From Erysipelothrix inopinata (GTDB lineage: Bacteria > Bacillota_I > Bacilli_A > Erysipelotrichales > Erysipelotrichaceae): a stretch of 32,000 nucleotides of DNA. Below the pieces are notes generated by a model. That model did not search any database. It was not told where the DNA came from and saw only the letters and a program-made list of their open reading frames with translations. Position 1 is the first letter of the stretch. Each line of letters begins with the position of its first letter. The DNA is taken from the NCBI RefSeq assembly GCF_014396165.1, contig NZ_CP060715.1:480001-512000 (forward strand), written 5' to 3'. Positions 1 to 8,940 of the stretch are shown here, in pieces. The translations under genes and the position numbers were made by a program.

Positions 1-536
1 ACGACATAATTGCTTTCATTGATTAGATGCGTTTGAATCAGTTGTTTTGCGTTTAGTTTGTTTTCTTCATCCATGCAACTCATGGATCCATCTATGAGTA
101 ACATCGCATCGTTAGTCAACTTGAATAATTCCAACATATATCGTTTTTGTTGTTCTTTAGAAAGTGCCTCTAATTTAAGATGTGGGGGAATATCTGCTAA
201 CTTTAGAGCTCTTTCTAACTTCCTTGAATCAAAACTAGGAATCATATCTTCAAAGAGATCGATATTTTTAAATACAGTCATGTTTTGTTTCCCAACTGCT
301 TTGTCTGGTGCATAAAAAATCCCATGATACTTCTTGTATTTGTCAATTGACATATCATCAATTTTTATGACTCCGGCATCAAATTCTATGGCTCCACTTA
401 TGAGCTTTAATATTGTACTCTTTCCAGAAGATTTTTTTCCCACAATCATTGTTACAAGACCTTGGGAAATTTCGAGGTGATCAATTTCAAGAACCAAGTT
501 TTTACGTTTCTTAGTAACATTTTCTATTATAATCAT
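1..536 (-). CDS. ABC transporter ATP-binding protein, second NBD of the operon (3' end runs off the window)
   Basis: Absent from the ORF track because it stays open to the window edge. Hand translation from ATG at 536 gives MIIIENVTKKRKNLVLEIDHLEISQGLVTMIVGKKSSGKSTILKLISG..., and I checked codon by codon that there is no in-frame stop down to position 3. Walker A is GKKSSGKST, the signature-like motif is LSKEQQKR, and the Walker B-like motif is LLIDGS (Gly where the catalytic Glu is expected). The start overlaps the upstream gene's stop as ATGA (533-536). Confidence 0.8.
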   Translation of the reverse strand, partial: MIIIENVTKKRKNLVLEIDHLEISQGLVTMIVGKKSSGKSTILKLISGAIEFDAGVIKIDDMSIDKYKKYHGIFYAPDKAVGKQNMTVFKNIDLFEDMIPSFDSRKLERALKLADIPPHLKLEALSKEQQKRYMLELFKLTNDAMLLIDGSMSCMDEENKLNAKQLIQTHLINESNYV

Positions 537-1282
537 TTTTGATTCCTCCTGTTATATTCCTCTACAAATTCTGTAATATTCATTTTGTTGTTATCCGTAT
601 TGAGAATTCTATTGGCTTCTTCTGGAAAATCAAATTTGCTGGCATTGATTATAGCACTACCCTGTTCAAAATATAGAATATGATCAACTACATCATTCAC
701 AACTTCAGTATCATCTGTAGAAATGAATGTGATACTTTCATATTCATACGTACATTTAATAATATCATCATAAATTTCTTTTCTTATAAACGGTTCAAAC
801 CCTTCTTTAGGTTCATCAATGATTAGAATTTTTGCATTATGAGACAAGGAGACAGCTACGATTAGTTGTTGTTTCATTTCCAAAGATAAATGTAAAACTT
901 TTAGTGTTGGATCTATATTATATCTAATAAGAAAATACTTCCATTTATCATCGTCCCAACTATCCCAATATAATGTCTGATACGTTGTTATTATATCTTT
1001 AACTTTCATTTTTGAATTAAATGGAAATTCCGAAGGAATATACGCGAGTTCATTTTTAAACCATGTTTTTTCGTTAAAAATCACCACCCCTGAATCAGAA
1101 TATTTAATTCCCGACAATAATTGTATAAATGTTCTTTTTCCAGACTCTTTTTGTCCAAATATTCCTATTATTTTATTTCCGGATATATCTAGGGAAACAG
1201 GCCCTACTTTGAGCACATTTTTTTGTGGTTTTTCTACAGTTATCGTTCTTTGCAGACTCTCTATTTTGATTCTATTCTCCAT
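533..1282 (-). CDS. ABC transporter ATP-binding protein, first NBD, with degenerate motifs
   Basis: 249 aa. Walker A-like GQKESGKRT (Arg where Ser/Thr is expected), signature-like LSLEMKQQ, Walker B ILIIDEP. AGGAGG lies 5 nt upstream of the ATG at 1282. Confidence 0.8.
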   Translation of the reverse strand: MENRIKIESLQRTITVEKPQKNVLKVGPVSLDISGNKIIGIFGQKESGKRTFIQLLSGIKYSDSGVVIFNEKTWFKNELAYIPSEFPFNSKMKVKDIITTYQTLYWDSWDDDKWKYFLIRYNIDPTLKVLHLSLEMKQQLIVAVSLSHNAKILIIDEPKEGFEPFIRKEIYDDIIKCTYEYESITFISTDDTEVVNDVVDHILYFEQGSAIINASKFDFPEEANRILNTDNNKMNITEFVEEYNRRNQK

Positions 1283-1291
1283 GACGTCCTC

Positions 1292-1816
1292 CTACTCGAA
1301 ATCCAATTTTTGTAAAGTCTTAAGTCGGTACACTACACCTGCAGTAGGTATTAGCAATACAAGTATTTTTAAGTTTATTGATGGTGCTAAAGTAAATAGG
1401 AACCATACAGCGACTATTGCAGCTAAATCCAAGAACCAGTACTTTTTTTGTAACGAGTTTTTTCCAACATTAAGTTTGAAATACATAGACGAAAGCAGAA
1501 TTTCTAACATATAAATTAATATGATCTGATCAGTAAAAGCAACATCTTGAATCATAGCAACTGTCATGTAAATTGTTATTATTACTAACGTTTCTATTAA
1601 TTTTTGATAAATTATATTTTTCATTTCTATAGGAAGTGTACTAAAATAGCCTACTGACAATCTTCCTGGGTTTGATGATAAAACCGTATACATAAGAATC
1701 CAAAACATATTCCTCTCAAGGGTTGAATCTGGATCAATGAAAATCATAATCAAAAGGGTAGTACCTATAATATAAAGAAATCTGTCTCTAATTGTACTTA
1801 CTAACATGTTAATCAT
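1292..1816 (-). CDS. Small polytopic membrane protein of the YtrA-type operon
   Basis: 174 aa with several long hydrophobic stretches (LYIIGTTLLIMIFI, MFWILMYTVLS, LVIITIYMTVAMI, LAAIVAVWFLFTLA, ILVLLIPTAGVV). The start ATG overlaps the GntR gene stop by 8 nt. No recognisable family. Confidence 0.55.
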   Translation of the reverse strand: MINMLVSTIRDRFLYIIGTTLLIMIFIDPDSTLERNMFWILMYTVLSSNPGRLSVGYFSTLPIEMKNIIYQKLIETLVIITIYMTVAMIQDVAFTDQIILIYMLEILLSSMYFKLNVGKNSLQKKYWFLDLAAIVAVWFLFTLAPSINLKILVLLIPTAGVVYRLKTLQKLDFE

Positions 1817-2189
1817 AAACTTTTCCTCCTTGCTCTTTCACTTCATTGAGAAAATCCTCATAACTTATTCCTGAATTTTTTGCTTGTTGCATCATTGACT
1901 TAATGTTATTAGCCAGTTCTTTACGATAGATAGTTTGAAAAGTTTCTGGTTTCTTTTCGGAAACATAACAACCTTTCCCCGCTACCATCACGACATAACC
2001 AAGCTTTTCAAGTTCTTCATAAGCTCTTTTAGTTGTGATGATGCTTACCTCTAAATCACGGGCAAGTACGCGCATTGACGGTAGCATTTGTCCTGATTCA
2101 AGATTTCCATTCACAATTTTCTCTTGGATCTGCATCATTATTTGTTCATATATCGGCATGCTGACCGTTTTCTTCAATTTAATGTCCAC
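1809..2189 (-). CDS. GntR family transcriptional regulator, YtrA subfamily (short, no large effector domain)
   Basis: 126 aa. PIYEQI...LPSMRVLARDLEVSIITTKRAYEELEKLGY is a typical GntR winged HTH. It is the first gene of an operon with a membrane protein and ABC ATPases. GTG start at 2189 follows GAGGTGA. Confidence 0.85.
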   Translation of the reverse strand: MDIKLKKTVSMPIYEQIMMQIQEKIVNGNLESGQMLPSMRVLARDLEVSIITTKRAYEELEKLGYVVMVAGKGCYVSEKKPETFQTIYRKELANNIKSMMQQAKNSGISYEDFLNEVKEQGGKVYD

Positions 2190-2203
2190 CGTATCACCTC
2201 TAT

Positions 2204-2226
2204 CTGTATATACCTATTATATACAG
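2204..2226 (-). promoter_or_regulatory. Candidate YtrA/GntR operator overlapping a -10 box
   Basis: Inverted repeat CTGTATATA-ccTat-TATATACAG (9-bp arms) lies 15 nt upstream of the GntR start. On the minus strand it contains TATAAT. The GT...AC arms fit the general GntR operator style. Confidence 0.45.
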
Positions 2227-2243
2227 TAATCTTAATTCTGTAA

Positions 2244-2270
2244 AGAAAAAAGGAAGCCTAAGCTTCCTTT
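2244..2270 (-). terminator. Rho-independent terminator of pflBA
   Basis: AAAGGAAGC-ctaa-GCTTCCTTT hairpin, followed on the minus strand by TTTTTTC. The pflA stop codon (2258-2260) lies in the loop. Confidence 0.65.
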
Positions 2271-3001
2271 CGTATACGGTCAACTTCAGAAATTAAGTAT
2301 TTTTGAAGCTCCATACATGTATCTTTATTCATGGCAGGAACACCATCTAGTGGATATTCTTTACCAATTGTTTCGTATTTATTAACTCCCATCGTATGGT
2401 ACGGTAGAAGTTCAATTCTTTCAATATTATTAAGTGGTGCAATGTACTCAGCAAGTTCATCCATATACTCATAAGTATCGTGGAATCCTGGCACAATAAC
2501 AACACGAATCCAAATGTTCACACCATGTTCTTGTGCTTTCGCAAGGAATTGTTGCGTTACACGAAGTGGAGCACTGGTCATTTCACGGTATTTCTTTTCC
2601 TCAAGACCTTTGATGTCATAGAGAATTGTGTCAGTGACACTTAGGATATCATCAAATGTATCAACACGTCCAAATCCAGACGTATCAAGACAAGTACTAA
2701 TTCCTTCAGCCTTACATGCTTTCATCGCATCATATAGAAACTCAGGTTGGTTTAAAGGTTCGCCACCGCAAAACGTTACCCCTCCCTCTTCACCATAATA
2801 AGGTTTATAACGTTTCAATTTTGTGACAAGCTCATCGACAGTTATTGCATCCTTCGGATCTGTACGCCACATATCTGGGTTGTGGCAAAATAAACAGCGA
2901 AGGGGACAACCCGAGAGAAACGCAATAGTACGAATCCCTGGGCCATCCACCATTCCCATTGTTTCTAACTTACGGACGTATCCGGTTCTAGATTGTTTCA
3001 T
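2258..3001 (-). CDS. pflA: Pyruvate formate-lyase activating enzyme (radical SAM)
   Basis: 247 aa. VDGPGIRT then [12 protein letters not shown] (CX3CX2C radical-SAM cluster). Directly downstream of pflB and overlapping it by 14 nt. Confidence 0.93.
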   Translation of the reverse strand: MKQSRTGYVRKLETMGMVDGPGIRTIAFLSGCPLRCLFCHNPDMWRTDPKDAITVDELVTKLKRYKPYYGEEGGVTFCGGEPLNQPEFLYDAMKACKAEGISTCLDTSGFGRVDTFDDILSVTDTILYDIKGLEEKKYREMTSAPLRVTQQFLAKAQEHGVNIWIRVVIVPGFHDTYEYMDELAEYIAPLNNIERIELLPYHTMGVNKYETIGKEYPLDGVPAMNKDTCMELQKYLISEVDRIRKEA

Positions 3002-5213
3002 GGAAGGTACGGCTTATAACTTCTTTTTGTTGTTCTGTCGATAAACGGTTGAAGTTTACAGCGTAACCAGATACACGAATGGTTAATTGTGGGTATTTCT
3101 CTGGGTGTTGCATAGCATCTTCTAATAACTCACGATTTAATACGTTAACGTTTAAGTGGTGAGCTTTTTGACTGAAGTATCCATTCATAACACCTACAAG
3201 GTTATTAATTCTTTCGTCTTCACTCTTACCTAAAACTTGAGGTACGATTGAGAATGTGTTTGAAACTCCGTCTTCACAAACATCTGCATAAGGAATCTTA
3301 GCAACTGAGTTTAATGAAGCAAGTGCTCCAGAACTATCACGACCGTGCATTGGGTTTGCACCTGGTGCAAATGGTTCCCCTGCATGACGTCCATCAGGTG
3401 TTGATCCTGTCTTCTTACCATAAACAACGTTTGAAGTAATTGTAAGAATTGATAATGTATGTTTTGCATCACGAATGATTTCGTGTGATTTGAGGTAACG
3501 TGAGAAACGTTCTACCAAGTCAACTGCGATATCGTCAACGCGGTCATCATCATTACCGTATTTTGGATAATCTCCTTCAATTTCGAAATCAACTGCAAGT
3601 CCTTCTTCATTACGAATTGGTTTAACTTGAGCATATTTGATTGCGGATAAGGAGTCAGTAGCGACTGATAGTCCAGCGATACCGAATGCCATGAGACGTT
3701 CAACATTTGTGTCGTGAAGTGCCATTTGGCTCTTTTCATATGCATATTTATCATGCATATAGTGAATGATATTCATTGTATCAACATATACTTGAGCAAC
3801 TTCTTGTAAGACTGCATCGTATTGTTTCATTACTTTATCGTAATCAAGAATTTCGTCGTCCATTGTTGGAACATCTTCAAGAACTTTAATTCCCTTAACT
3901 TCATCACGTCCCCCATTGATTGAGTAGAGTAATGCTTTAGCTAAGTTTGTACGTGCTCCAAAGTATTGCATTTGTTTACCGATTTCCATTGCAGAAACAC
4001 AGCATGCGATTCCGTAGTCATCGCCAAAGTTTGGACGCATGATATCGTCGTTTTCATATTGGATAGCACCTGTTTCGATTGACATCTTAGCACAGTAGCG
4101 TTTGAAGCCAATTGGAAGATCTTCTGACCAAAGAACAGTCATATTAGGTTCTGGTGCAGGTCCTAGGTTTGTTAATGTATGTAAGTAACGGAATGAGTTC
4201 TTAGTTACTAATGTACGGCCATCTTTACCCATACCACCGATTGATTCTGTAACCCATGTTGGATCACCAGCAAAGAGATCATCGTATTCAGGAGTACGTA
4301 AGTGACGTGCTAAACGAAGTTTCATAATGAATTGATCAATATATGCTTGAGCTTGTTTTTCATCAATGATTCCAGCTGCAATATCACGTTCGATATAAAT
4401 ATCTAAGAATGTTGATGTACGACCTAAACTCATTGCAGCACCATTATTTTCTTTGATAGCTGCTAGGTATCCAAAGTATGTCCATTGAATTGCTTCTTGA
4501 GCATTCTTTGCAGGTTCGCTAATATCAAAACCATATTTAGCTGCCATTGATTTAATAGCACCTAATGCACGAATTTGTTCGTTAACTTCTTCGCGGAGTT
4601 GAATTGTATCTGCTGTAATCTTTTTGATTGCTGCAAGATCTTTTTTCTTTTCTTCAACAAGGCGATCAATACCATAAAGTGCAACACGACGGTAGTCACC
4701 AATGATACGTCCACGTCCATAAGCATCAGGTAATCCAGTTAGAAGACCTGTTGTACGATACTTACGAATTTCAGGAGTATAACCATCGAAAACACCTTGG
4801 TTATGTGTTTTTGTGTAGTTGTGGAAGAAAAAGCTTGTCTTGTCATCCATTTTTCTACCGTATGTTTCAAGAATGTTATCTACTAAACGAATACCACCAT
4901 AAGGGTTAATAATACGTTTAAGAGGTGCATCTGTTTGAAGACCTACAATTTCTTCATCTTCTTTGATGATATATCCGGGTTCGAAATTATCAATTCCTGA
5001 CATAGCATCCATTTCAATATCAAGGACACGAACCTTAACTTCTTCTTTAAGAAGTTCTAAGCTCTTATCCCATAGTCTTTCTGTGTTATCACTTATGCCA
5101 GCGAGGAATTGATCATCACCTTCATAAGGAGTAACGTTAAGTTGAATAAAGTCGCGTACGTTGATTTCGTCTTGCCATTTACCAGATTTAAAACCGTTCC
5201 ATTGATTTGTCAT
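2988..5213 (-). CDS. pflB: Formate C-acetyltransferase (pyruvate formate-lyase)
   Basis: Glycyl-radical motif RVSGYAVNF near the C-terminus, catalytic Cys-Cys in GIACCVSA, and length typical of PflB. I place the start at ATG 5213 (MTNQWNGF). The track ATG at 5222 sits directly against the AAGGAG SD, whereas 5213 has about 8-9 nt of spacing. Confidence 0.96.
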   Translation of the reverse strand: MTNQWNGFKSGKWQDEINVRDFIQLNVTPYEGDDQFLAGISDNTERLWDKSLELLKEEVKVRVLDIEMDAMSGIDNFEPGYIIKEDEEIVGLQTDAPLKRIINPYGGIRLVDNILETYGRKMDDKTSFFFHNYTKTHNQGVFDGYTPEIRKYRTTGLLTGLPDAYGRGRIIGDYRRVALYGIDRLVEEKKKDLAAIKKITADTIQLREEVNEQIRALGAIKSMAAKYGFDISEPAKNAQEAIQWTYFGYLAAIKENNGAAMSLGRTSTFLDIYIERDIAAGIIDEKQAQAYIDQFIMKLRLARHLRTPEYDDLFAGDPTWVTESIGGMGKDGRTLVTKNSFRYLHTLTNLGPAPEPNMTVLWSEDLPIGFKRYCAKMSIETGAIQYENDDIMRPNFGDDYGIACCVSAMEIGKQMQYFGARTNLAKALLYSINGGRDEVKGIKVLEDVPTMDDEILDYDKVMKQYDAVLQEVAQVYVDTMNIIHYMHDKYAYEKSQMALHDTNVERLMAFGIAGLSVATDSLSAIKYAQVKPIRNEEGLAVDFEIEGDYPKYGNDDDRVDDIAVDLVERFSRYLKSHEIIRDAKHTLSILTITSNVVYGKKTGSTPDGRHAGEPFAPGANPMHGRDSSGALASLNSVAKIPYADVCEDGVSNTFSIVPQVLGKSEDERINNLVGVMNGYFSQKAHHLNVNVLNRELLEDAMQHPEKYPQLTIRVSGYAVNFNRLSTEQQKEVISRTFHETI

Positions 5214-5408
5214 AATATGCATCTCCTTTTATAATCACATCTTACCAAATATTCCTATATATTATTATTCAATCGTAATAATTTTTTATCATTTCGTATA
5301 ATTTGATAATTTCATTTTACCAAATCAAGTCAAAACAAATCATAAATATATTTTGAATTAAATTTCACAAAGTTTTCTCGAATCTCGTGTATTTTGTAAG
5401 ATAAACAT

Positions 5409-5437
5409 TTGAAAGAAACCGCTTAATCTTATATACT
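5409..5437 (+). promoter_or_regulatory. Sigma-A type promoter of the YheO-like regulator gene
   Basis: TTGAAA (5409-5414), 17-nt spacer, TATACT (5432-5437), then GGAGG and ATG at 5462. Confidence 0.5.
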
Positions 5438-5461
5438 TAAGGGGCACTATGGAGGTACATC

Positions 5462-6127
5462 ATGTCAACAAACGCAACTGAATATCTTAAACGTTATATT
5501 CCATTTGTAGACTTTCTTGCAGAAATTCTTGGAAAGAATTCCGAAATAGTCTTACACGACCTTACTGACCTGGATTCATCAATCCTAGCGATTCGAAATA
5601 ACTACATCACAAAACGTGAAGTTGGTGACCCTGCCACTGATTATGTATTAAAAACTGTCAAGGAAGGGATCGATGATGACTTCGAATATTCTATTAATTA
5701 CCGCGGTATTACAAATCGAGATAATAAGCAATTAAAATCTGCGTCTCTTTATATTCGTTACGAGGGAAATCTTGTCGGAATGATCTGCGTAAATACTGAC
5801 GAATCAATCTTTAACGAAATAAATAAAAACCTCGAAACACTCGAAGTACTTTTAAGAACCTATAAACATGAAGAAGAACATACTGTTACCAATGAATCTC
5901 TCTCTCGTTCAATTGAAGAAATGGCTGAGAATACAGTATATGAAATGTCGATTGCTAAAGGCATTCCAGTGACAAAATTCAAGCAAGACGATAAGTATGA
6001 AACAATATCTCTATTATATGATAACGGCTTCTTCTTACTCAAAGGTGCAGTACCTGAAATAGCGAAGATTCTAAAAATATCTGAACCAACCGTTTATCGT
6101 TACCTACAAACAATCAAAAATAAGTAA
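5462..6127 (+). CDS. YheO-like PAS domain plus C-terminal HTH transcriptional regulator
   Basis: 221 aa. N-terminal FLAEILGKNSEIVLHDL...SILAI.N..ITKREVGDP resembles the YheO-like PAS domain. C-terminal AVPEIAKILKISEPTVYRYL is an HTH. Divergent from pflB. Confidence 0.65.
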   Translation: MSTNATEYLKRYIPFVDFLAEILGKNSEIVLHDLTDLDSSILAIRNNYITKREVGDPATDYVLKTVKEGIDDDFEYSINYRGITNRDNKQLKSASLYIRYEGNLVGMICVNTDESIFNEINKNLETLEVLLRTYKHEEEHTVTNESLSRSIEEMAENTVYEMSIAKGIPVTKFKQDDKYETISLLYDNGFFLLKGAVPEIAKILKISEPTVYRYLQTIKNK

Positions 6128-6130
6128 ACC

Positions 6131-6167
6131 AAAAGCAACACTCATTTTAAACTGAATGTTGCTTTTT
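6131..6167. terminator. Bidirectional hairpin between convergent genes
   Basis: AAGCAACA...TGTTGCTT stem flanked by A-run and T-run. It lies between the yheO-like stop (6127) and the DUF2500 gene stop (6166). Confidence 0.55.
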
Positions 6168-6522
6168 ATCTTATAAAGTCATTGAGGCGCGTTCCTTGAA
6201 ATGAGAGAACACCACGATCATTTTCAATGAGAATTCCATAACGATTTCCACTTACCTTGAATTCTTTTCTTTCCCCATCCGCGAGTTCAAACGTTACAAA
6301 GTACTGTGTGTTAGAGGCTCCCGAGTTTAACCGAACATCAATACGTTTTGATATGACTCTCGCATCTGTCACCACTTCTTCGGATCGATTGTTACTCAAG
6401 TATTCATAAACTGAGCGGAGAACCAAAAACAAAATAATCAAAACAAAGATGATAATAATAAACGTAAACATTCCATTTTCAGGACCTCTATCAAAGATAG
6501 ATGTTTTATCTTGGAATTCCAT
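6166..6522 (-). CDS. DUF2500-like single-pass membrane protein
   Basis: N-terminal TM helix (MFTFIIIIFVLIILFLVL) followed by a small beta-rich domain (ARVISKRIDV...YFVTFELADGERKEFKVSG..YG.L...D.G.L.FQGTR). Start moved to ATG 6522, which is 8 nt after AAGAGG; the track start at 6531 is a GTG inside the SD. Confidence 0.55.
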   Translation of the reverse strand: MEFQDKTSIFDRGPENGMFTFIIIIFVLIILFLVLRSVYEYLSNNRSEEVVTDARVISKRIDVRLNSGASNTQYFVTFELADGERKEFKVSGNRYGILIENDRGVLSFQGTRLNDFIR

Positions 6523-6589
6523 TTCAATCACCTCTTATCTACTTTGAATATACCACATTTTCAACATTATGAATAGTTTAACGGCCACA

Positions 6590-6623
6590 TAAAAACTCTG
6601 CATTTGCTAGGAATACAGAGTTT
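6590..6623 (-). terminator. Rho-independent terminator of murA
   Basis: AAACTCTG-15 nt-CAGAGTTT followed by TTTTT on the minus strand, just after the murA stop at 6631. Confidence 0.5.
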
Positions 6624-6630
6624 AAAATTA

Positions 6631-7893
6631 TTATTTTTCTTCGCGCCAGATTTTCGCACCCAGTGAACGAAGTTTATTATCGATATCATCATAACCACGA
6701 TCGATATGATAAACTTCACTAATTTCAGTAACACCTTCTGCAATCAATCCTGCAACCACAAGACTTGCACCACAACGTAGATCTGTTGCCTCAACCTTAG
6801 CACCAAATAAAGGTGTTGGTCCTGTAATATTTGCTTGTGATGGAATAACATTGATGTTAGCTCCCATTCTTTGAAGCTCTGTACAATGTTTGAAGCGTTC
6901 CGCATAGATTGTCTCACGAACACTTGATGTTCCTGTAGCCTGTGTTAAAAGCGTTGTGAGAGGTTGTTGGAGGTCTGTTGCAAGACCTGGGTAGGTTTGA
7001 GTTGTTACATCAATCCCTTTTAACGATTCAGATGAACGAATTCGTGCGTAGTCCATTCCGACCTCTACATTAACACCCATTTCAATCAACTTCGATAAAA
7101 GAGCATCCAAGTGAAGTGGAATAATATTTTCAATTGTGACATCCTCAGCCATCGCTGCGGCCATAATGATATAAGTTCCCGCTTCAATACGATCTGGAAT
7201 AATCTCGTGTGCTTTACCATCTAAGGTTTCAACACCCTCGATTGTAATAACATTCGTTCCTGCTCCACGAATCTTAGCACCCATCTTATTTAAGAAGTTA
7301 GCAACATCAATAATTTCAGGTTCTTTCGCAGCATTTTCAATGACTGTTTTACCTTCTGCAAGTGTTGCAGCTAACATGATGTTGATGGTTGCTCCTACGG
7401 AAGCAAAATCAAGATAGATTTTTGCTCCCTCAAGTTTCTCTGCAGAAATTGTGTAATAACCTTGAGTATAGTCGATATTTGCACCCAATGCCTCAAAACC
7501 TTTTAAGTGCAAATCAAAAGGACGTGGTCCTAAATAACATCCACCTGGCATTTGCATTCTAACATATTTATATTTACCTAATAGTGCACCCATGAAATAA
7601 TAAGATGCTCTTAATTTTGTAACTGCTTCGTGGTCTAAATCCACATTTTTCATTTGTGATGTATTAATTTGAAAATGTTCCGGTGTTGGTGATGTTACCG
7701 AGACATTAAGTTCTTGAAGCAATATCGATAATGACTCGACATCCGAGATATCGGGAACCCCATAGATATTTACCTCACTATTTGTTGCGAGAATTGCTGC
7801 AGGGATTAATGCTACTGTCGCATTCTTCGCACCGCCAATTCTTACCTTACCGTTTAATTTGTGTCCACCTTCAATTTTTATAATTTCCGCCAT
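6631..7893 (-). CDS. murA: UDP-N-acetylglucosamine 1-carboxyvinyltransferase
   Basis: 420 aa. IGGAKNA near the N-terminus and the active-site loop [15 protein letters not shown] with Cys retained. AAAGGAG SD. Confidence 0.95.
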   Translation of the reverse strand: MAEIIKIEGGHKLNGKVRIGGAKNATVALIPAAILATNSEVNIYGVPDISDVESLSILLQELNVSVTSPTPEHFQINTSQMKNVDLDHEAVTKLRASYYFMGALLGKYKYVRMQMPGGCYLGPRPFDLHLKGFEALGANIDYTQGYYTISAEKLEGAKIYLDFASVGATINIMLAATLAEGKTVIENAAKEPEIIDVANFLNKMGAKIRGAGTNVITIEGVETLDGKAHEIIPDRIEAGTYIIMAAAMAEDVTIENIIPLHLDALLSKLIEMGVNVEVGMDYARIRSSESLKGIDVTTQTYPGLATDLQQPLTTLLTQATGTSSVRETIYAERFKHCTELQRMGANINVIPSQANITGPTPLFGAKVEATDLRCGASLVVAGLIAEGVTEISEVYHIDRGYDDIDNKLRSLGAKIWREEK

Positions 7894-8011
7894 TCAAACA
7901 ACTCCTTTAGCCATAGTTATTATAACTTAAATTACTCATAAAAAATAGCTCTTGACTCTATCGTTCACGCACTTGTCATAATTTTATTGCTGTGAGACGC
8001 CAATCCATGTG

Positions 8012-8044
8012 AAAAGAACATCTCGGAGTCAAGATGTTCTTTTA
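8012..8044 (-). terminator. Rho-independent terminator (sequence-symmetric, could act both ways)
   Basis: GAACATCT-8 nt-AGATGTTC (8016-8039) flanked by AAAA on one side and TTTT on the other. It follows the stop of the 8053-8463 gene. Confidence 0.65.
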
Positions 8045-8052
8045 TTTTAAGT

Positions 8053-8463
8053 CTATTTACTTACTTTGTCATAATGACGCTTTACGAAGTAGCACACAGT
8101 GAATCCCAAAATTGAGATAAACATGAAGTTACGGGTCATTCTTTCCATGTTTAACATCGTTGCTTCTTTTACATCATTTAATTTAAAGAAATAAACAGAC
8201 CAACTCGTCAGTAACAGATAGATATCAAAGAGAATGCGGTTAACACGATATAGCACTTTAGTAAAGATAAGGCCAGAGTACTTTTGAGCCCGAGCAATAT
8301 TATCGGCATACAGGTGTAAGACCACAATGCCAGATATACCCAACGCATAGAGAAAGTCATTAAAGAGATATCCTTCGAAGGTTTTAAGACTTAAAGAATA
8401 AAGCAAAGTAATACATGCTAAACCAATCCAAGATACCATTTCAAGTTTCACAAGTTTTTTCAT
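8053..8463 (-). CDS. Hypothetical 4-TM membrane protein
   Basis: 136 aa with four hydrophobic segments (WIGLACITLLYSL, ALGISGIVVLHLY, ILFDIYLLLTSWSVYFF, FMFISILGFTVCYFV). The ATG lies 1 nt after the upstream gene's stop (TAG-T-ATG). No family recognised. Confidence 0.5.
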   Translation of the reverse strand: MKKLVKLEMVSWIGLACITLLYSLSLKTFEGYLFNDFLYALGISGIVVLHLYADNIARAQKYSGLIFTKVLYRVNRILFDIYLLLTSWSVYFFKLNDVKEATMLNMERMTRNFMFISILGFTVCYFVKRHYDKVSK

Positions 8464-8464
8464 A

Positions 8465-8794
8465 CTATCGTGCCGTCACTTTATAGGTTAAGTTAAAGTT
8501 ATACTGAATGATAACGCCTCGACCATTATTTTTATTGGACACTTCTGCAGACAATCGGTTGTAGTACCAATTTAATGGTACGGTTGCTATCTTGATAAAT
8601 GGTGCAAGACCTAACACGCCTAAGTTACGTTGCAGAGATGCGTAGTCTTTGATTAAATCTTTTGTTTGTTGATTGTTGTAAGTTACAACAACGCCCCACC
8701 AATGCTCTTTACGATGTTCATAGTTTCCACCTTGAATATCATATGACATCATCAACCCGAGATCATCATACTTTTCAGGTAATACAAGTTCCAT
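8465..8794 (-). CDS. Hypothetical soluble protein, 109 aa
   Basis: Strong SD (AAGGGGGGA) 7 nt before the ATG. No signal peptide, TM segment or recognisable motif. Trp/Tyr/Asn-rich. Confidence 0.5.
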   Translation of the reverse strand: MELVLPEKYDDLGLMMSYDIQGGNYEHRKEHWWGVVVTYNNQQTKDLIKDYASLQRNLGVLGLAPFIKIATVPLNWYYNRLSAEVSNKNNGRGVIIQYNFNLTYKVTAR

Positions 8795-8940
8795 ATTCTA
8801 TTCCCCCCTTTCGAATCACAACAAGCTTGTAATTCGAATTACTTAGAAGACTTGGATAATCCTAAGTAAAATTATTTTATCATACTATTTTTTCATTGTT
8901 TTCTTTTGTCGCTAATGGATAAAATCACTTATTAAACGGT

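Noticed and set aside
58-315. 85-aa plus-strand ORF at the left edge.
   Set aside because: It lies antisense inside the edge-truncated ABC ATPase gene (1-536, minus strand), which has clear Walker A and signature motifs. The ORF has no SD.
533-536. Considered genetic code 4 (TGA = Trp) because of the low G+C content and possible Erysipelotrichia/Mollicutes affinity.
   Set aside because: TGA is used as a genuine stop in ATGA overlaps at 533-536 and 29899-29902. All conserved genes also have normal full lengths under the standard code.
3512-3754. 80-aa minus-strand ORF inside pflB, plus the many 60-106-aa ORFs nested in or antisense to large genes. Examples are 1209-1514, 2035-2229, 2823-3044, 5860-6042, 9565-9765, 10084-10404, 11190-11408, 11988-12170, 14195-14479, 14842-15027 and 15559-15771. 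Further examples are 16885-17160, 18192-18386, 20452-20697, 20984-21199, 21257-21445, 21688-21912, 21945-22190, 24059-24298, 27542-27808, 28654-28863, 30258-30443 and 30451-30669.
   Set aside because: Each is fully contained in a confidently identified conserved gene in another frame or strand, lacks an SD, and has an odd composition. They are typical shadow ORFs of AT-rich genomes.
5362-5371. The 10-mer ATTTCACAAA occurs upstream of pflB (5362-5371) and again in the lipoprotein intergenic region (26496-26505). TTCACAA is a Rex half-site, so I considered a shared Rex or CRP/FNR-type redox operator.
   Set aside because: Neither copy has the partner half-site at the Rex spacing (TTGTGAA-N4-TTCACAA) or the CRP spacing (TGTGA-N6-TCACA). 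A single shared 10-mer in 64 kb of AT-rich two-strand sequence is not clearly beyond chance.
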